Source: Clostridia bacterium
GTDB lineage: Bacteria > Bacillota > Clostridia > UMGS1883 > UMGS1540
Assembly: GCA_045533905.1 (NCBI GenBank)
Contig: JAZSIR010000014.1
Span: forward strand, 1 to 54,051
DNA: 54,051 nt
Reading direction: 5' to 3'
The position numbers were made by a program, and so were the translations under genes. How positions within the stretch are numbered: position 1 is the stretch's first letter; the number at the start of each line of letters is the position of its first letter. The notes under the pieces were generated by a model, which saw only the letters and a list, made by a program, of their open reading frames with translations, did no database searches and was not told the DNA's origin. Shown here one piece after another: positions 48,160-54,051 of this stretch.

Positions 48160-49565
48160 TTTCGGACCTCCTCGCCGTTCTTTTGATTCGCCACGGTTTT
48201 CACCTTAAAGGAATCCTCCCCTTCTGCCGCTGACTTCATAAACATCGTCTTTGTCGTCAAGAGGATGATCTTCAGATCCAGAAAGAAGGAATAGTTGGTG
48301 ATATAAAATAAATCGTAATACGTTCTGTCGTGAATGTATGTAGAATACCGGCCGTACACGTGCGAAAGGCTTGTAAGACCTGCCTTGACGGCGAAGCGGT
48401 AATCATAGTTTTCAATTTCTTTTTCAAACGCCTCCACGAATACGGCGCGCTCGGGGCGCGGGCCTACAAGGCTCATATCCCCTTTTAAGATATTCAGAAT
48501 CTGGGGAAGCTCATCGAGGCGGCACGCGCGGAGGATTTTACCGATAGGCGTGATACGCGGATCATCCTTTTCCGCAAACTTCGGCCCTGTGAGCTTTTCG
48601 GCATCGGGCACCATCGTGCGGAACTTATAAATCATAAACGGGCGCTTATCCTTTGTGAGACGCTCCTGCTTATAGAAAACAGGGCCGGGAGAGGTGCACT
48701 TGATAAGAAGCGCAATCACCGCCATCGGAATCGCCGCCAAAACAATACCTAAGAGCGCCGCGACAAGGTCTACAATCCGCTTTGCAAAAAGCTCCACATT
48801 GGAAACATAGTGCTTCGGCATATAGAGCGTGAGTACATCGTCAAAGCGCACAATGCGCGCGTTCGTTTTGCCGGCATCCACAATGTCGGGCACAATGAAC
48901 AGATCCTTCTGGAGTTCTACCGCCTTCTTGACGGCAAGATGGTATTCTTCCTCCTCAAGGCCATCCAGCACGCAAATGGCGTCAAACTCCGGAAAGCGTG
49001 TTTCCACAAGCGCTTCCACTTCCGCAATCGTTCTGCCTTTGAGCTCTTCGTACCAGGCATCGTATGTACTTAAAACGCCGTACTTCATACGCTTCATGCG
49101 CAGCAAGGTTTCATCGTCCGAATTCAGAATCAGAAGACGCGGCTTTCTGAACTTTTTCGGGTTCTGCATGCCCTTATCATACAGAAAATCGCCGAGTGTG
49201 AGCAGAATGACCGCCAGAGCGGAAACGGCGGCATCCATCAGGAACCGCGGCCACGACATAAAGAGAATGAGATTCGCAAAAGAAAGGATGACGAATGTAT
49301 AAAGTGCGGACAAAACGTTGATAATCACCTTTTCGCAAAGCCCTGCCACAAGCACGGAATATTTTTCAAGCACGATGGAAAAGCACAGAATCCCCGCCAT
49401 AAAGAGAGCATCCCAAAACATCGTGTTCCGTGCGCCGATTTTGGCAACATGCGGGAACAGTATAAAGGCGATCGCCGTCAAAACAAGAAGCACCGCGGCG
49501 TTACACAAAAACGAATAGCGGCTCTCTGCGCGCACATTTCGAGCTTTTTTTGTCATATCCAGCAT
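48156..49565 (-). CDS. Priming polyprenyl-phosphate sugar transferase (WcaJ/CpsE-like)
   Basis: KRIVD, YKFRTM, DPRIT, LDELPQ, GDMSLVGPRPE. Confidence 0.95.
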   Translation of the reverse strand: MLDMTKKARNVRAESRYSFLCNAAVLLVLTAIAFILFPHVAKIGARNTMFWDALFMAGILCFSIVLEKYSVLVAGLCEKVIINVLSALYTFVILSFANLILFMSWPRFLMDAAVSALAVILLTLGDFLYDKGMQNPKKFRKPRLLILNSDDETLLRMKRMKYGVLSTYDAWYEELKGRTIAEVEALVETRFPEFDAICVLDGLEEEEYHLAVKKAVELQKDLFIVPDIVDAGKTNARIVRFDDVLTLYMPKHYVSNVELFAKRIVDLVAALLGIVLAAIPMAVIALLIKCTSPGPVFYKQERLTKDKRPFMIYKFRTMVPDAEKLTGPKFAEKDDPRITPIGKILRACRLDELPQILNILKGDMSLVGPRPERAVFVEAFEKEIENYDYRFAVKAGLTSLSHVYGRYSTYIHDRTYYDLFYITNYSFFLDLKIILLTTKTMFMKSAAEGEDSFKVKTVANQKNGEEVRK

Positions 49566-49578
49566 CTTCTTTCCCTCC

Positions 49579-50424
49579 CTAGTGCCCGATGATTTTCTCG
49601 CGCAGAATGCGGAAAACCTTGGACACGATTATCGTATACGGTCTTGCCACCGTTAAAAGTTTATACAGCGGGGTATTTATGCCGTAAGCCGGCAATGCCG
49701 CAAGCATCACACGGGCCACTTTCCGGTTCGCCGAAAGCCTTGCCCGAAACGGAAGGCCGCGCCCCGTAATGGAGGTTTCCCATCGGCAGTAGTGGTATAA
49801 AACTTCGGTAGTGTAGCAGTACCGCCGCACCTTCTTGAACATCTCGATGCAAAAAGCAAGATCCTCTGCCGTCGGAAGCGTAGTATCAAACCGCAGCCCT
49901 TCCATCACCTCTCTGCGGATAAGCTTTATGCAGACGTGATTCATATTGATGCCTGTCATCATCCGCAGGTACACCTTCCGAAGCCCGTGGCCGAAAAGAA
50001 GCCTGTCCTTTGTGAACGTGCCGCGTGGGAGAATCTGCTTCCCGTCCGGAAAATCGTAGATAAAGCGGCACTGCACCACGTCGGCATCCTTTTCTTTCGC
50101 AATGCCGTACAATACCGAAAGCATTTCGGGCTCCCAGAAATCATCGGCATCCAGGAAAGCGATGTACTCGGCATCGGCCTTTTCAAGCCCTAAATTCCGT
50201 GCCTTCGCCGCGCCGCCGTTTTTCTCGGCCTCGATAATCCTAAAGCGGCCATCCTTCGCCGCATATGCCTCCATAATGGCGGAGCTTTTGTCGCACGAAG
50301 TGTCATTAATGAGAAGTGCCTGCCAATCCGTAAAACTCTGCCCCAAGAGACTGTCAAGACACTTCGGGAGCGTTTTCTCCGCATTGTACACAGGAATAAT
50401 AATCTGCACTGTGGGCGCTTCCAT
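49579..50424 (-). CDS. Glycosyltransferase family 2
   Basis: IIPVYN, ARNLG, FLDADD, AED; start MEAPTV after AGGAG. Confidence 0.93.
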   Translation of the reverse strand: MEAPTVQIIIPVYNAEKTLPKCLDSLLGQSFTDWQALLINDTSCDKSSAIMEAYAAKDGRFRIIEAEKNGGAAKARNLGLEKADAEYIAFLDADDFWEPEMLSVLYGIAKEKDADVVQCRFIYDFPDGKQILPRGTFTKDRLLFGHGLRKVYLRMMTGINMNHVCIKLIRREVMEGLRFDTTLPTAEDLAFCIEMFKKVRRYCYTTEVLYHYCRWETSITGRGLPFRARLSANRKVARVMLAALPAYGINTPLYKLLTVARPYTIIVSKVFRILREKIIGH

Positions 50425-50452
50425 TTCCCTTCTCCTTTCTCTTGCCGTAAAA

Positions 50453-50507
50453 AACAAAAAAAGACTGCAAATATCAGGTTGTTGGAAAGCACCTTTACTT
50501 GCAGCCT
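50453..50507 (-). terminator. Riboswitch expression-platform terminator
   Basis: AGGCTGCAA...TTGCAGTCT followed by a U tract. Confidence 0.8.
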
Positions 50508-50575
50508 GACCATCATAGCAAATTGCCGTAGATTCGTGGCTTTGCGTCGCCGGTTTTCACCAGTTTTGCCTATAT
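50497..50575 (-). ncRNA. c-di-GMP-I (GEMM-I) riboswitch
   Basis: GGCAAAACTGGT-GAAA-ACCGGCGACGCAAAGCCACGAATCTACGG...TATGATGGTCAGGCTGCA: GNRA loop, GACGCAAAG junction, receptor-like CTACG/TATG. Confidence 0.92.
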
Positions 50576-50579
50576 TTTA

Positions 50580-50608
50580 AGTATAGCACACGTGCGAAAC
50601 ATTGTCAA
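50580..50608 (-). promoter_or_regulatory. sigmaA promoter of the polysaccharide operon
   Basis: TTGACA-17-TATACT with extended TG. Confidence 0.85.
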
Positions 50609-50643
50609 CAAATTTTTTGCATATTAAGAAGAAGAAACTCCTT

Positions 50644-51144
50644 TTACCCGCGGCGTACTTTTTTCTCTAGCAGCCGGCCTAAAATTGCGCCTGCAGAAGC
50701 GCCGAAAATACCCTGCACAGCGTTCATTGGTATATTGACTGCGGCGGAAAGACCGTAGAGAAATACAGCCTCATAAGCAAAGTAGCCGAGCACCATCACC
50801 GCTTCGCCCAAAAGGGCAGCAAAAGCTTTGCCCCAAATGGTACTTCCTTTTTCCGAAAGCGCACGGACGACCAAAAACGCCACAGCCGCCGTAGCCGCTT
50901 TTATGACAAAAGTGGCCGGTGCATACGCGGCATAGCCGACCAAGATATCTGCGAGTGCCGAGCCGATACCTGCCGCAAGGGCGGCATACCGAAGCGGCAG
51001 AAGAAAGGCACAAAGAATCACAATGCAGTCACCGAGATGCACATAGCCCCCAAGCGGCGACGGAATTTTAATCACCATCGTGCCCGCGGTGCAGAGCGCG
51101 GCGAGCATTGCCGCCATTACAGTTTTTTGTATTTTACTTCGCAT
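50644..51144 (-). CDS. ECF transporter S component
   Basis: IKIPSP.GGYVHLGD, GSALAD, PATFVIK; start MRSKIQ after GGAGG. Confidence 0.85.
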   Translation of the reverse strand: MRSKIQKTVMAAMLAALCTAGTMVIKIPSPLGGYVHLGDCIVILCAFLLPLRYAALAAGIGSALADILVGYAAYAPATFVIKAATAAVAFLVVRALSEKGSTIWGKAFAALLGEAVMVLGYFAYEAVFLYGLSAAVNIPMNAVQGIFGASAGAILGRLLEKKVRRG

Positions 51145-51190
51145 AAAGCGTGCCTCCTCCGATCGTATGCTATTCGCTTTTCCAAGTGGA

Positions 51191-52297
51191 TTATGCGTTT
51201 GCCATTTCCCCGATTTTTTCAAGTTTTTCCCGGATTTGTATGCTTTGCGGGCAGTTTCCTTCACACCTGCCGCACTGTATGCAGGCTTCGATTTTTTCGC
51301 GATACGGCGCAAGTTTTTCCCCTGCCTCCATACGTGAAATTTTCGCACCCGCAAGCTCGTTGTAGATAGCAAAAAGTGTGGGGATCGGGATATGTGACGG
51401 GCAAACCTCCGTACAGTAATTGCACTTTGTACACGGCAGAAGTTTTTTCTTCCGTATGATTTCGCGCACCTTGGCAAACACCGGAAGTTCCTCTTGTCTG
51501 ATCGGGACAAAATTCGCAAATGTTTCCGTGTTCTCACGCACCATTTCCATATTGCCCATACCGGATAAAACCATAAAAACCTCAGGGTAGCTTGCCGCAT
51601 ACCGGAGCGCGTAAGAAGCCTGGCTGCCGTCACCCAATTCCGAAAGTGTCTCTGCCGCTTCCTGCGGAAGATTGGCAAGCGCGCCACCTCTAACCGGCTC
51701 CATCACAATCACCTTCTTGCCGTGCTTTACCGCAACATCATAGCAAGCCCGGCTCTGCACGGTAGGATCGTCATAATCGAGATAATTTATCTGCAATTGC
51801 ACAACCTCCATATACGGATGCTCCGTAAGTACAAAATCCAGAAACTCTGCCGTATCATGAAAAGACATGCCGATATGCTTAATCTTACCCTCTTCTTTCA
51901 GCTTTCTGACGATTTCAAATGTATGGCAACGCGTATGTTTTTCGTAGGCAGCATGGTTCATACAATGGAAAAGATAAAAGTCAAAATACTCTACGCCGCA
52001 AAGGGCCAGCTGTTTTTCGAAAAGAGGAAGAATATCCTCCTCCTTTTCAAAGCACCAGTAGGAAATTTTGTCTGCCAGTACAAATTCTTCTCTTTTGTAT
52101 CTTGCGGAAATACAGTCGCGAATGGCCGGCTCACTTTTACCGTCAATATACCCGTGTGCAGTATCAAAATAATTAAACCCCGCGCCGATAAAGGCATCTA
52201 CCATCCGGCAGAATTCCGCCTTATCAATTTCATTTTCTTCCATCTGTAACCGCATGCATCCGAGTCCGAGTTTTCCCTTCACCTTATCCAAAACCAT
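51191..52297 (-). CDS. Aldo/keto reductase with C-terminal 4Fe-4S dicluster
   Basis: GLGCMRL, YFDTAHGY, GMSFHD, MEPVRGG, two CxxCxxCxxxCP motifs. Confidence 0.92.
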   Translation of the reverse strand: MVLDKVKGKLGLGCMRLQMEENEIDKAEFCRMVDAFIGAGFNYFDTAHGYIDGKSEPAIRDCISARYKREEFVLADKISYWCFEKEEDILPLFEKQLALCGVEYFDFYLFHCMNHAAYEKHTRCHTFEIVRKLKEEGKIKHIGMSFHDTAEFLDFVLTEHPYMEVVQLQINYLDYDDPTVQSRACYDVAVKHGKKVIVMEPVRGGALANLPQEAAETLSELGDGSQASYALRYAASYPEVFMVLSGMGNMEMVRENTETFANFVPIRQEELPVFAKVREIIRKKKLLPCTKCNYCTEVCPSHIPIPTLFAIYNELAGAKISRMEAGEKLAPYREKIEACIQCGRCEGNCPQSIQIREKLEKIGEMANA

Positions 52298-52374
52298 ATT
52301 ACCTCCTTTTTGCATGCTCTTGTGAGAATATTTTACTATAAACCTCTGAAAAAAGCAATCCTTTTTCGTGGGCA

Positions 52375-52404
52375 GCACCTTTTTGTGCACCGTTACATAA
52401 GATG
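52375..52404 (+). promoter_or_regulatory. sigK-type promoter of spoVFAB
   Basis: GCAC-17 bp-CATAAGATG. Confidence 0.7.
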
Positions 52405-52446
52405 TAAGAGAAGAGAAAGCATCCCGAGAAGAAAGGCAGGAAGAAA

Positions 52447-53289
52447 ATGCTTTATATTATTGGCGGCGACAGCCGCATCGGTCTTATGGCGGAGAAGCTT
52501 TTACAGCGCGGCTGCGAGGTCGCGGGCTTTGGTCTTTCGAGTAGTATTATCCCTGAAATCCCACTCACCGAGGGGCTCCGGGCGGCGGAGGCCGTCATTT
52601 TGGGAATCCCCTCCTCGCGCGACGGAGAGACGGTTTTCGCACCCTTTTACCACGGACTGCTGCCGCTTTCGGAATTTTTCAGAATGACGGACAAAAAAAC
52701 GCCCGTTTTCTGCGGCCTGCCCGATGCGAAAACGGAAACGCGCTTTGCAGAGAGCGGTCACACCATCATCAATTACCTGCAACGTGAGGAGCTGGCGCTT
52801 CTGAACGCCGTGCCTACGGCCGAGGGTGCCATTGAAATCGCTATGCGCGAAATGCCGAGAACGATATGGAATTCCAACGTGCTCGTAGCAGGGTTCGGGC
52901 GGTGCGGTCAGTATCTTGCACGCGCGCTTTCCGCGCTCGGGGCACACGTTTCGGTCACGGTGCGGAGAAGTGCCGCCGCGGCTCTCGCCCGCACGCACGG
53001 CTTTTCGCCCGTGTATGTCGGAGAACTCCAAGGCTGTGCCGGTACCTATGACGTGATTTTCAACACCGTGCCGCACTGCATTTTTGATAGCTCCCTTCTT
53101 CCCTTTCTCCGGAAGGATTGTCTCCTTGTGGACCTTGCCTCTCTTCCGGGTGGCGTGGATACAGCGTGTGCGGAAGAACTCGGCATACAAACTGTGCAGG
53201 CCCTTTCTCTTCCCGGCAAGGTGGCTCCCGTCACCGCCGCCGAAATTTTATGCGACATCATAGAAAACATACGGAGTGAAAGGAATTAA
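52447..53289 (+). CDS. spoVFA: Dipicolinate synthase subunit A
   Basis: IGGDSR, NAVPTAEGAI, GFGRCG, FNTVP, DLASLPGG, LPGKVAP. Confidence 0.95.
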   Translation: MLYIIGGDSRIGLMAEKLLQRGCEVAGFGLSSSIIPEIPLTEGLRAAEAVILGIPSSRDGETVFAPFYHGLLPLSEFFRMTDKKTPVFCGLPDAKTETRFAESGHTIINYLQREELALLNAVPTAEGAIEIAMREMPRTIWNSNVLVAGFGRCGQYLARALSALGAHVSVTVRRSAAAALARTHGFSPVYVGELQGCAGTYDVIFNTVPHCIFDSSLLPFLRKDCLLVDLASLPGGVDTACAEELGIQTVQALSLPGKVAPVTAAEILCDIIENIRSERN

Positions 53290-53293
53290 CACT

Positions 53294-53890
53294 ATGGATT
53301 TATCCGGCATCACCGCCGGTTTTGCACTAACCGGCTCTTTTTGTACCTTCCAGAGCGTTCTGCCCGAAATTGAAAATCTAAAGCACGCCGGTGCCGAGAT
53401 TGTGCCGATTATGAGCCGTACCGCCGCCGAAACTGACACGCGCTTCGGCACGGCCGAATCCTTCAGGCGGCGCATAGAAGAAATTTGCGATGCAGAGATT
53501 ATCACCACCGTAAAAGACGCCGAACCGATCGGTCCCCAAAAGCTTCTGGATATTCTGATTGTGGCGCCCTGCACGGGCAACACGCTCGGAAAAATCGCTG
53601 CAGGCATCACCGATACAAGTGTCACGATGGCTGTAAAGGCACACCTTCGGAATGCAAGGCCTGTGCTTCTCGCCGTTTCCACAAATGACGGCCTCGCCGG
53701 CGCCGCTAAAAACATAGGGCTTCTTCTGAACACAAAAAACATCTTTTTTGTTCCCTTCGGGCAGGATGACCCTGACCGGAAGCCCACCTCCCTGGTGGCG
53801 GATATGCCAAGCATCGTGCCGGCCGCGTTTTCTGCGCTTTTACGCCGCCAGCACCAACCGCTTATTATCACGCGCCAAAACGCAAAATAA
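53294..53890 (+). CDS. spoVFB: Dipicolinate synthase subunit B (intact)
   Basis: ALTGSFCT, TDTRFG, AEPIGP, APCTGNTL, STNDGL, VPFGQDDP. Confidence 0.96.
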   Translation: MDLSGITAGFALTGSFCTFQSVLPEIENLKHAGAEIVPIMSRTAAETDTRFGTAESFRRRIEEICDAEIITTVKDAEPIGPQKLLDILIVAPCTGNTLGKIAAGITDTSVTMAVKAHLRNARPVLLAVSTNDGLAGAAKNIGLLLNTKNIFFVPFGQDDPDRKPTSLVADMPSIVPAAFSALLRRQHQPLIITRQNAK

Positions 53891-53984
53891 GAAAAGCCTG
53901 TCAGTTTGCACTGAACTGCACCAATTTGTGCAGACAACACAAAAAAGCACCCTATGGTAAACAATATTAAATTTTAAGCAACAT

Positions 53985-54016
53985 ACTGACATCGTTTTTC
54001 AAGCGGTGTCAGTTTT
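53985..54016 (+). terminator. Hairpin/terminator near the window end
   Basis: ACTGACATCG...CGGTGTCAGT-TTT. Confidence 0.55.
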
Positions 54017-54051
54017 GTTTTAAGTTGTATTCTTTCATTGTTGTAAAAATG

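Noticed and set aside
50644-51687. 347-aa ORF suggesting an N-terminally extended S component
   Set aside because: The extension overlaps the aldo/keto reductase in another frame; the real start is ATG 51144 with a GGAGG RBS.
53900-53940. TGCAC-CAATTT-GTGCA dyad after spoVFB
   Set aside because: Short, close to the window edge and with no downstream gene visible, so it cannot be interpreted.

Overview
A 54 kb core-chromosome segment from a spore-forming Clostridia-class Firmicute, roughly 50% GC by eye, with most genes on the minus strand. It starts inside a 16S rRNA gene with tandem P1/P2 promoters. It carries gnd, holA, rpmG-secE-nusG-rplKAJL, rimP-nusA-infB-rbfA-truB-ribF, lysS, amino-sugar genes, a small AT-rich islet, a 15 kb polysaccharide operon and spoVFAB. 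Two candidate systems stand out. (1) The forespore sigma factor gene sigG is present only as its 5' part. It ends at the centre of a 44-bp dyad-symmetric, att-like site that abuts essential housekeeping genes. About 22.5 kb away is a cargo-free large serine recombinase with a coupled 42-aa ORF behind a sigF-type promoter. This suggests a programmed forespore chromosome rearrangement that rebuilds sigG; the 3' part was not found in this window, so the model is inference. (2) A Wzx/Wzy polysaccharide operon is linked to c-di-GMP at three levels: a GEMM-I riboswitch leader, a co-polymerase-like protein with a degenerate EAL domain where a tyrosine kinase usually sits, and an embedded HD-GYP protein. 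All calls are from reading the sequence; no database searches were run.
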